From NCBI GenBank assembly GCA_018652955.1, contig JABIBA010000013.1, forward strand, positions 55,880 to 119,879: a stretch of 64,000 bases of DNA. Direction: 5' to 3'. Of the stretch, positions 1-8,862 are shown in pieces. The position numbers and the translations under genes are program-made. This DNA comes from Candidatus Peribacter sp. GTDB lineage: Bacteria; Patescibacteriota; Gracilibacteria; Peribacterales; Peribacteraceae. The notes under the pieces are model-generated. The model was not told the origin of the DNA. It was given only the letters and a program-made list of their open reading frames with translations, and did not search any database. Position 1 is the stretch's first letter; each line of letters starts with the position of its first letter.

Positions 1-350
1 AAAATTCCTATAATCGGAATAATTTCGCTGTGTTCATCATTGGCATCCATGACACCATCGGACCACTTCAGTGACTGATGGTCGGGGTGTGAGTTTCGCC
101 ATGGTGTTCCTGAATCATCTTTTTTGATCCATGCCCAGCCATCTCGGTCGTATCGTACATTTCCTATTTCTGCATCTTCAGCTTTTTTCTTTCCAAACAA
201 ATAGACTCTGTATAGACGCTGCTCACGTGCAAGTTCGCGGTTGGTACGTAGGCGACATGCATCTGTAGATGCAATGGGATCTGCAGCACCTACGAGAGCA
301 GGTGAGCTAAGGAATATGAGGGCCAGAGTTATGGAGAGCAGGCGTTGCAT
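1..350 (-). CDS. Secreted hypothetical protein, N-terminal part only (gene runs off the window start)
   Basis: My own minus-strand translation from the ATG at 350-348 gives MQRLLSITLALIFLSSPALVGAADPIASTDACRL..., which is signal-peptide-like. The frame stays open to position 1. Its ATG shares one base with the TAA stop of the upstream 1347-aa ORF (TAATG overlap). It is absent from the ORF track because it is truncated. Confidence 0.5.
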   Translation of the reverse strand, partial: MQRLLSITLALIFLSSPALVGAADPIASTDACRLRTNRELAREQRLYRVYLFGKKKAEDAEIGNVRYDRDGWAWIKKDDSGTPWRNSHPDHQSLKWSDGVMDANDEHSEIIPIIGI

Positions 351-3300
351 TATGGGTTAGTAGGAGGGGTGCAGAAGTTATCCGTGCAGACTTCTCCTGG
401 CAGCAGAGGCTTTGGTTCAAACCGTTCGATGTATCTTTCGATACGTTCCGCTTCTGGTACACGGAAGTTTTCAAACATTTCTTCCTGTGGCATGTCGTAG
501 CGGAATCGATCATCTGGATTTGTTATGATGTTACTACTTTCGTCACGTACACGTTCCCGTACATCTAGCATAAGCGCATCGGGATCGTAGTCGCTTGTAA
601 CATCCAACATCCATCCATCACGTGGTTTACGCTCGTAGAAGTTATACAGCTGACACGCCCAGTCTTCGCGTTGACAGTATGTTTGTCCGTGGACGATTGG
701 ATCACGGAACTTTCCTACAGAACGCATATCATCCTTGAGGAAGATAGCAGGTCTAGCGCCTATGCGTTGGAAGCGTTCGTCGAGGTCTGCTTCGAAGTGC
801 ACGCATTTTTCTTTAGGGTCATTATGCGGTCGAATGCAATCTTGTTCTGTGCCCTCTCGTACACACCCACTTGTTTCACCTGCTTCGCATTTTTCGAGCG
901 TGAGACTCTTCCAGAAGAGTTCATATTCTCTACTCATTCCATCTATGAGGTAGTAGGTTTGGAAGAGGAATACCGTAAGACTTAGGAAGTCTACGGTTGG
1001 CATTTTAATTTTTGGGAATGGGTCTCCAACTCTTGATTGCGTTGTTGTGCTAAACACTGCAGCCTCTTTAAATGAGGGAAGATCTGGGTGCCCTGCAGGA
1101 GTAATGACCCTAGGGAGGCCAGCGATAATTTCATCCGAAAGAGTATCAGGGAATGCAGGGAGCGGTGCCAATACGGGGTATTCGTCTGGTTCTTTGTCCT
1201 GCTCTAGCGGTGGTGGTTCGATGTCATCAAATGCAATACGGATTTGAATGGGTTTTAAGATCGGTAGCTTTATTGTGCGTTGTGGCTCTCTGAATGCTGT
1301 GAAGTCCAACACGATATCTGGATCTCGAATAGTATTCGGTAATTGTGGTAGTAGCGGAGGAAGAGGGAAGAAGCGATCGCAAACAGCAGGGTCTGGGAAT
1401 ACTTTAGGACCATTCTCTATTCGAGTTCGAATAACGAATTCAGCGCAGTCGAAGTATTCCGCAAACAGACTTAGGTCCAGTGCTCCACAACTTGGTATAA
1501 AGCCTTGGACACATTCTTGGAGTGTTTGATCTGCGATGGTACATAGGCTGACGAGGTCTGTATTTTGAATGGCTTGGAAGCATTGTGTGTACTGCCGCAT
1601 GCCTCCTGTGGTGTCTCCAAAATTCTCTCTTCCTGGTAGCCAAGGGTCGAGGAGAGAATATACCGGAGAAGTAAATCGCTCATTGCGCGGCCACGGGAAT
1701 GCTTTTTCGTCATGGAGATCCCAATATTCCGATTGTATAAATTGCCAGACCGCTTGGAAGTATTGAATCCCTGCTTCTACAAGTAGATACGTTCGGTAGC
1801 TTTGAATGTTTTCATCCAGCCAGTCTGCTAGTTTTTTGCTGACCACTCTTTGTTCTTTAAGCATTGCCCCTGCATAGCGTGGTAGCTCTGCTCGAAGTTT
1901 GCGTACTTTGTCTGCTTGGTCTGCATAGAGTTGTAGTTGTACAGAAACTGCTCTGGCAGGAGCTTCTCCAGGGAGTCCTTTGTTCCGCTGTTTGCGTGCC
2001 CAAATTTCCCAACCCTGAGCGATGGCACGTAGCTCTGTAGGGTTTACTATGGGTACAACAATAGGCACAGGCTCTCCTTCGATGCGAAGCAGTAGGGCTC
2101 GTTCCATAAAGCTCACGACATCTCCTAGTAGATCTTCCCTCGCTTGTACTTGCACTTCTATAGATTCAGATCGAATATCTGGAGACAGCTCCCCAGGCTC
2201 TGGATCTTCTGGCGGTGTGTAGAGAGGATCTAATGGGTTTAAGTCTATGGTCCATGTTGTTGGAAGCATGAGACGCACAGTTGGGAGTGTGAAGTTCTTG
2301 TGCATCTGTGTCTCTACCATGTGCCACCATTCCACCATAGTGCGGCGCTCTTTGGTAAAGTCTTTTTCTATGGTGATCGTATCATCTGGTGTACGAATAA
2401 GTGCTCCACTGCTGAGTAGCCGCTTTGTATCGAGCTGAACACTTGCACGCTGTTTGGCACTGTCTGTTGTCAGTAGCGTGAAGGAGAAGTCTCCATGGAA
2501 TGTGTTCCCAAAGACTTCATCGTTAATCATAGAGAATGCTCCTAAATTTATATTTCCTCCCCGCAAGTTTGGCCACCAGAGATCTTTGTCTTGAGCAAAC
2601 GGCCTAGTGGGATTGCCGAACGGATTGTCGTTGAGGAAGTCTTTGAATGCTCCCTTTCCTCGTTGTGTTTCTTTCATCTTCCAGAAGTTTACTTGGTCTC
2701 CATCTCCGTCATCTGCTTCGTAGTACGCCGCAATGGTGCAACGTTTATCTTTGTTTTCAATCTTTTCAAGTTTTGCATCCTCAGGAGCAAGATCGTACAT
2801 GCCGTAACACGCTACGGGGATGTTCTCTTTCTTGTGGTCGTCTTGCGGTACTTGCTGCAACAACGTTTGAGATCGTTCGTAGCTGGCATCTGCGTACTCA
2901 CGGAAGAATGAAATATATTCACGGTTTTGTACTATCTTTCGTAAGTTTTCATCTGGATCTGTCCACGCTCCTATGTTTACGCCGAGGTTACTTGGGTCAA
3001 ATCCTAATGTAATCAACTGATTAACTAGTTCGGTCGAATCTTGAGGGATCCCAATTAAACATTTTTCTGGTAGATCCGCTGGGAAAGGCTCTAACCAAAC
3101 ATCATTAACAATAACCTCATTGGTATCCGGGAAGAGTCGACAGTCCTCACCAAAGCAAGGCTTACAACTTTCCCCTTTGTGATCTTGGTCGTATGTTTTG
3201 CCCCCAGAATAGGGGTCATCACTACAACACTCATACACATTGCCCTCATTCCAGTTATCTTCGCGTTTTTTTTCGCTATGTTCACTGGTGTCTACTTCTG

Positions 3301-4393
3301 CAGGGAAACCGCATACCCCTTTTTCATAAAGATAGATGGGAATAGGAATCGGAATAGAGACATCAAGAACCGTTATAAAGTCTATGCAAATGTGCACGAG
3401 CTTATTCCACCGAATATATACCCAACTATTAAGATCTTGGCATACCCCTGCGAGTTGACCATTTTCATCTAACTCTTGGCAAAAGCCATCGTCTGGTCCT
3501 TTGGTTTCTTTTCCTCCACAAGAATATTTTACGAGGTCTTCTTTGGGTTCGTACGGTTCCTGTCTGCCACATTGCACTTGTGTAGAGTCTTCTTCGTCCC
3601 AGTTATCAGGTTTTCCTGGGTCATCGAGAGGTCTTTGGCAGGGCTGCTCACAGAAGAATTGTGCGGTGTCTCTTCGTGGAGCATTCTGGTATCCCGATGG
3701 TGGAATTTGCCTGATATCAGGGTGTCCTGAGGGTCTGCATACAGTAGTGAGCCCACAGGTTGTTGCTCTGTTCGTTGGATAGTCAAATCCTGTGCGTTGC
3801 TCTGGCTGAATGTATGCACGTCTACCTTGCCCTGGATTAAACTCAATATCTTTTGCCGTTCCCCCTGTCTCTCTTCTCTGTCCAAGTCCTGACCGAATGT
3901 TTCCGTAGGCGCGTTCGGTATCACGACCGGGGACTCCTTCTACTTTTGGAATTTGCCCTTGTTGAGGATCAGTTTTCTTCGCATTTGCTTCCATTGCTGC
4001 GTCTCCCTGTGTGTCGGTGGATCCTTCTTTTGTCCATTCATTTATGTTCGTCTTTTTCCAAAATGCATTCCCGCTATCTTGGCAACGTGCCCCAAATGGT
4101 TCATCTACCGTTGGTGGGCATACGGGTTCTTCTTGGTCGAATACACCGTTTACTTCGAGGAGCCAGTTCCATCCTCCAGAAAATGCTTCTTGTAAGTTTG
4201 AGTGAATGTTTTCATCGGGGTCATTACTCTCGCCTTCTATAATCACTTTTTTAATTTCGTCGTAGTCACCAGGGTTTTTATCTGGAATGGAATATGGCTG
4301 ATGATCATTCGCTGCAAGTACGGGTGTGACGCAGAGTACGAGCACACTCATGACAATGAGATATGCAATGTTCGAGCGGTGGTGGGGTTTCAA
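350..4393 (-). CDS. Giant secreted Cys-rich protein of unknown function (1347 aa)
   Basis: Long uninterrupted ORF with a TTG start. The N-terminus MKPHHRSNIAYLIVMSVLVLCVTPVLAAND looks like a signal peptide. About 35 Cys are spread along the chain, there is no later TM helix, and I recognise no domain. Confidence 0.85.
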   Translation of the reverse strand: MKPHHRSNIAYLIVMSVLVLCVTPVLAANDHQPYSIPDKNPGDYDEIKKVIIEGESNDPDENIHSNLQEAFSGGWNWLLEVNGVFDQEEPVCPPTVDEPFGARCQDSGNAFWKKTNINEWTKEGSTDTQGDAAMEANAKKTDPQQGQIPKVEGVPGRDTERAYGNIRSGLGQRRETGGTAKDIEFNPGQGRRAYIQPEQRTGFDYPTNRATTCGLTTVCRPSGHPDIRQIPPSGYQNAPRRDTAQFFCEQPCQRPLDDPGKPDNWDEEDSTQVQCGRQEPYEPKEDLVKYSCGGKETKGPDDGFCQELDENGQLAGVCQDLNSWVYIRWNKLVHICIDFITVLDVSIPIPIPIYLYEKGVCGFPAEVDTSEHSEKKREDNWNEGNVYECCSDDPYSGGKTYDQDHKGESCKPCFGEDCRLFPDTNEVIVNDVWLEPFPADLPEKCLIGIPQDSTELVNQLITLGFDPSNLGVNIGAWTDPDENLRKIVQNREYISFFREYADASYERSQTLLQQVPQDDHKKENIPVACYGMYDLAPEDAKLEKIENKDKRCTIAAYYEADDGDGDQVNFWKMKETQRGKGAFKDFLNDNPFGNPTRPFAQDKDLWWPNLRGGNINLGAFSMINDEVFGNTFHGDFSFTLLTTDSAKQRASVQLDTKRLLSSGALIRTPDDTITIEKDFTKERRTMVEWWHMVETQMHKNFTLPTVRLMLPTTWTIDLNPLDPLYTPPEDPEPGELSPDIRSESIEVQVQAREDLLGDVVSFMERALLLRIEGEPVPIVVPIVNPTELRAIAQGWEIWARKQRNKGLPGEAPARAVSVQLQLYADQADKVRKLRAELPRYAGAMLKEQRVVSKKLADWLDENIQSYRTYLLVEAGIQYFQAVWQFIQSEYWDLHDEKAFPWPRNERFTSPVYSLLDPWLPGRENFGDTTGGMRQYTQCFQAIQNTDLVSLCTIADQTLQECVQGFIPSCGALDLSLFAEYFDCAEFVIRTRIENGPKVFPDPAVCDRFFPLPPLLPQLPNTIRDPDIVLDFTAFREPQRTIKLPILKPIQIRIAFDDIEPPPLEQDKEPDEYPVLAPLPAFPDTLSDEIIAGLPRVITPAGHPDLPSFKEAAVFSTTTQSRVGDPFPKIKMPTVDFLSLTVFLFQTYYLIDGMSREYELFWKSLTLEKCEAGETSGCVREGTEQDCIRPHNDPKEKCVHFEADLDERFQRIGARPAIFLKDDMRSVGKFRDPIVHGQTYCQREDWACQLYNFYERKPRDGWMLDVTSDYDPDALMLDVRERVRDESSNIITNPDDRFRYDMPQEEMFENFRVPEAERIERYIERFEPKPLLPGEVCTDNFCTPPTNP

Positions 4394-4583
4394 GGAAGGT
4401 ATAGTGCGTGATATCTTATCAAGAAGCGAAGAACTGTGCTTGGCGCATAGTGCGCAGAAGTATATCTACGCAACGAGAAAGATTTGCACGCAATGAGAAA
4501 TGATTGCGACACGCAAAAGCTAGGTGTACGTTTGTGCACATCTCAACTAGAGACCTCCTCTAATTCCATTCCCCCTTTGAGAT

Positions 4584-5462
4584 ATGTTTTCATTAAATCG
4601 CGTCCACATCATCGGTTACCAGACACAGCCCGTAGAGGTACGTCAGACTCCTGGCGGAACTTCCGTTACGGATTTAAATTTAGTTGTTCCCTACACCTTC
4701 AAGTCTGAAGCTGGAGAGACACTAAAAGGAAAAGGTTTTCACACGGTTACCCTTTGGGGTGCCATGGCTGACGTTGCAGGTCAGTATGTTAAAGCTGGCT
4801 CTCAGCTCTTTATTGCAGGTCGCCTGCAGACTGATAGCTGGGAAGACGAAAAGAGTGCTGAAAAGCGCTCTAAGACCAAAGTTGTTGGTCAGGACCTTAT
4901 TATGCTTGATCCGAAAGATGGTCAGATGCAAGCACCGGACAACGCACCAAACGTCTGTAATGTAGTAAACAAAGCAGAGGTTGTTGGTAATGTCACAAGA
5001 GACCCTGAAATGCGCACCACAACAAACGGTCAGCAAGTGCTTACCATCGGTGTTGCAACAAACGAGAGCTGGAAAGATAAGTCTTCTGGAGAAACCAAAG
5101 ATCGCACAGAGTTCCACAATGTTGTGATTTGGGGCGAGCTTGCAGAAGAAGTTTCTCGTACTATTAAAAAAGGAAACCGTGTCTACGCTTCTGGTCGTGT
5201 GCAAACACGAAGTTGGGAGACGCAGACAGGTTCTAAGCGAACAACAACAGAGATTATCGCAGACAGCGTATGCCTACTTGGTATCTCAAGTGCAGAAGCA
5301 AACGATGCAGTAAGCCGCAGTGCACAGGGTGCACCTGCACGTGCTTCATCTGATCAAGGTGCTCCTGCCCCTGCTCCAGTTGCTGGAGGAGGTGAGACAG
5401 CTGCTGCTGTTCCAGAAATTAGCTATACATCAGAAGTTAAAGCAGAAGATCTCCCGTTTTAA
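4584..5462 (+). CDS. ssb: Single-stranded DNA-binding protein with two tandem OB folds and a C-terminal acidic tip
   Basis: Two complete SSB-like OB units: NRVHIIGYQTQPVEVRQTPGGTSV...GRLQTDSWED and NKAEVVGNVTRDPEMRTTTNGQQV...GRVQTRSWET. These are followed by a low-complexity A/P/G tail ending in EDLPF. Confidence 0.9.
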   Translation: MFSLNRVHIIGYQTQPVEVRQTPGGTSVTDLNLVVPYTFKSEAGETLKGKGFHTVTLWGAMADVAGQYVKAGSQLFIAGRLQTDSWEDEKSAEKRSKTKVVGQDLIMLDPKDGQMQAPDNAPNVCNVVNKAEVVGNVTRDPEMRTTTNGQQVLTIGVATNESWKDKSSGETKDRTEFHNVVIWGELAEEVSRTIKKGNRVYASGRVQTRSWETQTGSKRTTTEIIADSVCLLGISSAEANDAVSRSAQGAPARASSDQGAPAPAPVAGGGETAAAVPEISYTSEVKAEDLPF

Positions 5463-5483
5463 AAGGGACTGACATTGTTTACG

Positions 5484-5510
5484 AAGGGCCGGCTTACGCT
5501 GGCCTTTTTG
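5484..5510 (+). terminator. Rho-independent terminator after ssb
   Basis: Stem ggccggc/gctggcc (one G-U pair) with loop ttac, followed by ttttt. Confidence 0.6.
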
Positions 5511-5916
5511 TTATCTATTCTTCTTGTCACTTTTCCGATGAAAAGTAACCAAAAATCTTAGCCACTGATGTGAACGAAGCAATAAAGACAGAATGTACCT
5601 GAGCGCTCCTGGACGAAGCCTGCTGCGCAGCTTCGCACTGCGTCGCTAAGTAGATCCTATAGCGGGGTAATCTTCGTCCACACTACAGTGGCATGACGAG
5701 TGACATAATTCGTAACGGCGAGCGCATTTGTTTGAGAGCGAAGAATAGACTCATTATTCTCATATAGCGCGTGAATGCCAAGTCCCGAAGGGAACTTGGT
5801 TGAACGTGCGCACAGAACAATACTTCTTGTATTACTTCGCACGAGTCTGCGCTCGTCTTGATTTTTTTGGTTCGTTTTTGCATTAAGGCAAAAATGAACA
5901 AAGAGAAAGAGATACA

Positions 5917-6780
5917 CTAGAACTCCAATGTTCCATCCTCTTTTACAAATCGCATTTCCACTTCGAGTCCTTCGGAGATTCCTTCGTCGATTGTTTTAAC
6001 AACATTCACTGCATCTTCGAACGTTGCGTCTCCATCGTTAATCAAAAAGTTCGCATGTTTTTCGCTGATGTGCACGCCGTTACTTTTTGTTTCTCGCAAG
6101 CCCGCAGTGTCTATCAGTTGCCATGCAGGAGTGTCGCCTACAGCTTTAAAGCATGAGCCTGCAGTTTTAACGTGTGGTTGTGTATCGAGTCTTTGTTGTA
6201 ACAAGCGACCTATTTCTGCTGTAATTTCTTCGGGATCTTTCTTCGGGATCGTCAGGTTCACAGACCAGATGATAGGAGAGTTTAATTTTTTAAATACACT
6301 TTCACGGTATTCAAATGCACACTCTTGCTTTTCCATTGTCTTCCAGCTTCCATCCACAAAACATTCAACGGATTCAATAAAACTATCAATCCAAATTCCC
6401 TTTGGTCCTTGTCCGGCATTTCCAAATACTGCACCTCCAACTGTTCCAAGGATTCCGGTAAAAGGGGAAAGATCAAAACCATCAGCTGCTAATTCATTAA
6501 TAAGCATAGGGAGATTTTTGGCAGCTTCTACAGTGACCAGAGATCCATCAATGGAAACTTCTGATGCTGCAATACGGACAACAAGTGCATTGATTTCCCC
6601 ATCAGCAAAGATCGTATTACTTCCTCCTCCCAGCATGATAAGTGGGATAGAATTCTCTTTCGCAAATTTGATTGCCGCTTCTACGTCTTCTTTTGCAGAA
6701 AGGTCTGCGTAGTACTTAGCAGTACCACCAATACGCATTGTTGTTTTGCCCTTGAGGGATACGTTCTCCTGAATGTCCAT
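5917..6780 (-). CDS. murB: UDP-N-acetylenolpyruvoylglucosamine reductase
   Basis: 287 aa. Contains the FAD-binding MurB N-terminus (TTMRIGGTAKYYADL...IPLIMLGGGSNTIF) and the C-terminal AGSCFK...ISEKHANFLIN motif region. Confidence 0.9.
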   Translation of the reverse strand: MDIQENVSLKGKTTMRIGGTAKYYADLSAKEDVEAAIKFAKENSIPLIMLGGGSNTIFADGEINALVVRIAASEVSIDGSLVTVEAAKNLPMLINELAADGFDLSPFTGILGTVGGAVFGNAGQGPKGIWIDSFIESVECFVDGSWKTMEKQECAFEYRESVFKKLNSPIIWSVNLTIPKKDPEEITAEIGRLLQQRLDTQPHVKTAGSCFKAVGDTPAWQLIDTAGLRETKSNGVHISEKHANFLINDGDATFEDAVNVVKTIDEGISEGLEVEMRFVKEDGTLEF

Positions 6781-6786
6781 ATAGCC

Positions 6787-7230
6787 CTATTTTGACACGA
6801 TACTCGTGATCTTCTCCATTGTATCCGTGAGTTTTTGGCTCTTTCCCTTCTTCTTTGCACGTCCTAGGGCAAATGCCAACACTCCGAGCCCGAGGATACC
6901 TCCAGCAATAATCAGAAATTCACGTTCTTTGAGGTAGATTCCCCAAGGAGCAAGAGCGATCTGGGCGATAGCTAAGACAAATACACCTGCAAGTACACCG
7001 ACTCCAAGTGTTACGGTGACGAGCTGTTCTTTGTTCTCTTGGCTGTCTTGCTGTGCAGAGGCGAGGTCTGTAAGAAGTTCGGAATCAATAATCACAGGCT
7101 CTTTTCCCCATTGCTTAAAGAGGCTTAAGACTTTGCGTTGCAGTACAAGTCCTACGAATGTTTTAAACGGCACAGCGGTCTTGCCTTCGACAATTGCTTT
7201 ACCGTGATCTGTTTTAAGTTTTGCGTCCAT
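6787..7230 (-). CDS. Hypothetical membrane protein (two predicted TM helices)
   Basis: The ORF track gives 6787..7287 with a TTG start. I prefer the first ATG at 7230 (MDAKLKTDHG...). Two hydrophobic stretches (VTVTLGVGVLAGVFVLAIAQIAL and FLIIAGGILGLGVLAFALG) precede a basic tail. Confidence 0.55.
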   Translation of the reverse strand: MDAKLKTDHGKAIVEGKTAVPFKTFVGLVLQRKVLSLFKQWGKEPVIIDSELLTDLASAQQDSQENKEQLVTVTLGVGVLAGVFVLAIAQIALAPWGIYLKEREFLIIAGGILGLGVLAFALGRAKKKGKSQKLTDTMEKITSIVSK

Positions 7231-7298
7231 ATTCCTATTGTAATGGAGATGATCATCTATGCCTACTTTCTTTTGTCTACCGCACAAAAGAAAGTAGC

Positions 7299-7360
7299 AA
7301 AGAAAAACCCACCGCCAGCCGAGCCCCCTCCACCTGCCGCAACACCCCCGCGCGGTGGCG
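7299..7360 (-). terminator. GC-rich hairpin plus T-run downstream of gltX (putative terminator)
   Basis: On the minus strand, CCACCGC (7358-7352) pairs with GCGGTGG (7315-7309) and is followed by GTTTTTCTTT. The unusually GC/G-tract-rich 36-nt interior stands out from the flanking composition. Confidence 0.4.
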
Positions 7361-7373
7361 GGTCCTGCCCAGG

Positions 7374-8858
7374 CTATAAAGAACCTTGAGCCTTTTTTAA
7401 CCTCGAGAGAGTTTTTTCTTTACCTAGTGCAGCTGCAACTTCAAAAGCACCTGGAGAGAAGGGAAGTCCTGTGAGGACTGCACGCAGTGGCCAGAGGAGT
7501 TGGCCTTTCTTTAACTCTTTCTCATCGCACACGGCAAATAAGACATCGTGCAGAGAAGTTTCAGAGAAGTCATCGAGGGGTTCTAGTGTTGCGATTAGTA
7601 GGTCGATCATTTCTTTGGCGAGTTTCTCGTCTAGCTTTTGTTTTTTGCTCGCAATCATTTCGATATCTACTGCTGGATCTTCGTAGTAGTAGCTGAGCAT
7701 CTCGGGTGCTTCGTGATCAAAGGTAATACGTTCTTGAATCAGCGTTGCACGCTCTACAAACTTTTCATCTTTAGCTGCTTCTGGATACTTTTCGGCAACG
7801 ATTGGTTGAATGCGAGCGGCAAATTCTGCAGCTGGAATACTACGCATCCATTGCCCTTGGAACCAGTCGAGCCTGGTTACATCAAACACTGCTCCACCCT
7901 TTTGAATACGATCGAGTGAGAAAGTATCGACAAGTTCTTTCATCGTAAACATCTCTTGTGTTGTTCCGGGGTTCCATCCGAGCAATGCAATAAAGTTTAC
8001 GACTGCTTCTGGGAGGTATCCTTTATCAATGTAGTCACCGACAGCAACGTCGTTTTGTCTTTTGCTGAGCTTTCCTCCACCTTGGTTAAGTAGTAGTGGC
8101 ACGTGTGCGTAGCGCGGTGATTGCCATCCGAGGTATTCAAATAACAGTAAGTGTTTTGGTGTAGAGCTAAGCCATTCTTCTCCTCTTACTACAAGATTGA
8201 TATCCATCAAATGATCATCAACAACGTTTGCAAGATGATACGTTGGAAACCCATCACTCTTAATCAAAATCTGGTCATCAATTTCCATTCCTTTAAATTC
8301 CACTTTGCCACGAATATCATCGGTAAACCGAATTACATTTCCTTCAGGGATAAGCATGCGTATTACGTACGGGTCTCCATCTTCTAGCTTCTTCTTCCAC
8401 TCTTCTTCTGGAAGCGTGAGAGAGTTTTTCATAGTGGCGCGCACAGAGGCATCATATTTTGGCGCAGGGTTTCCAGCGACGGATTCACGCTCTCGCATGT
8501 GGTCGAGATCTTCTTTGGTATCGAATGCGTAGTAGGCGAACTTTTTTTCGATGAGTTCTTCGGCGTACTTTCGGTACAGATCAAATCTTTTGGATTGTGT
8601 GTACGGTCCGTGCGTTCCTTCTTCGACAATTGCACCATCACGCATCATCACTCCTTCGTCAGGGTCTATCCCTGCCCAATGTAGTGCTGTGAGAATGTTT
8701 TCTACTGCTCCGTCTACACTACGCGCTTGGTCGGTATCTTCAATACGTAGCAAAAACTTCCCGCCTTCTTGTACTGCAGCTAAATAGGCAAACAGGGCAG
8801 TACGCAGGCCTCCAATATGAAGCATTCCAGTCGGAGAAGGGGCGAAACGAGTACGCAT
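7374..8858 (-). CDS. gltX: Glutamyl-tRNA synthetase
   Basis: 494 aa. Starts MRTRFAPSPTGMLHIGGLRTALF (HIGH-type motif) and contains KLSKR. Confidence 0.95.
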   Translation of the reverse strand: MRTRFAPSPTGMLHIGGLRTALFAYLAAVQEGGKFLLRIEDTDQARSVDGAVENILTALHWAGIDPDEGVMMRDGAIVEEGTHGPYTQSKRFDLYRKYAEELIEKKFAYYAFDTKEDLDHMRERESVAGNPAPKYDASVRATMKNSLTLPEEEWKKKLEDGDPYVIRMLIPEGNVIRFTDDIRGKVEFKGMEIDDQILIKSDGFPTYHLANVVDDHLMDINLVVRGEEWLSSTPKHLLLFEYLGWQSPRYAHVPLLLNQGGGKLSKRQNDVAVGDYIDKGYLPEAVVNFIALLGWNPGTTQEMFTMKELVDTFSLDRIQKGGAVFDVTRLDWFQGQWMRSIPAAEFAARIQPIVAEKYPEAAKDEKFVERATLIQERITFDHEAPEMLSYYYEDPAVDIEMIASKKQKLDEKLAKEMIDLLIATLEPLDDFSETSLHDVLFAVCDEKELKKGQLLWPLRAVLTGLPFSPGAFEVAAALGKEKTLSRLKKAQGSL

Positions 8859-8862
8859 GTGA

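Noticed and set aside
5511-5916. Assignment of the ssb-murB spacer to RNase P RNA, tmRNA, SRP RNA, 6S RNA or a tRNA.
   Set aside because: I looked on both strands for GGAAAGTCCGGGC with ACAGAANCCGGCTTA (RNase P), a GGTTCGAATCC-type T-arm with CCA end (tmRNA or tRNA), and GGTCCGGAAGGAAGCAGC (SRP). Only weak partial resemblances were found (AAGTCCCGAAGG, ACAGAAC), and they occur in the wrong order and spacing. It is left as an unclassified candidate.
6068-6712. A 214-aa plus-strand ORF antisense to murB. Similar long antisense ORFs occur at 4722-5204, 37194-37667, 43243-43719 and 54301-54777.
   Set aside because: Each is fully embedded antisense in a gene with strong family signatures and has a low-complexity, Ser/Cys/Arg-rich translation. 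These are typical shadow ORFs.
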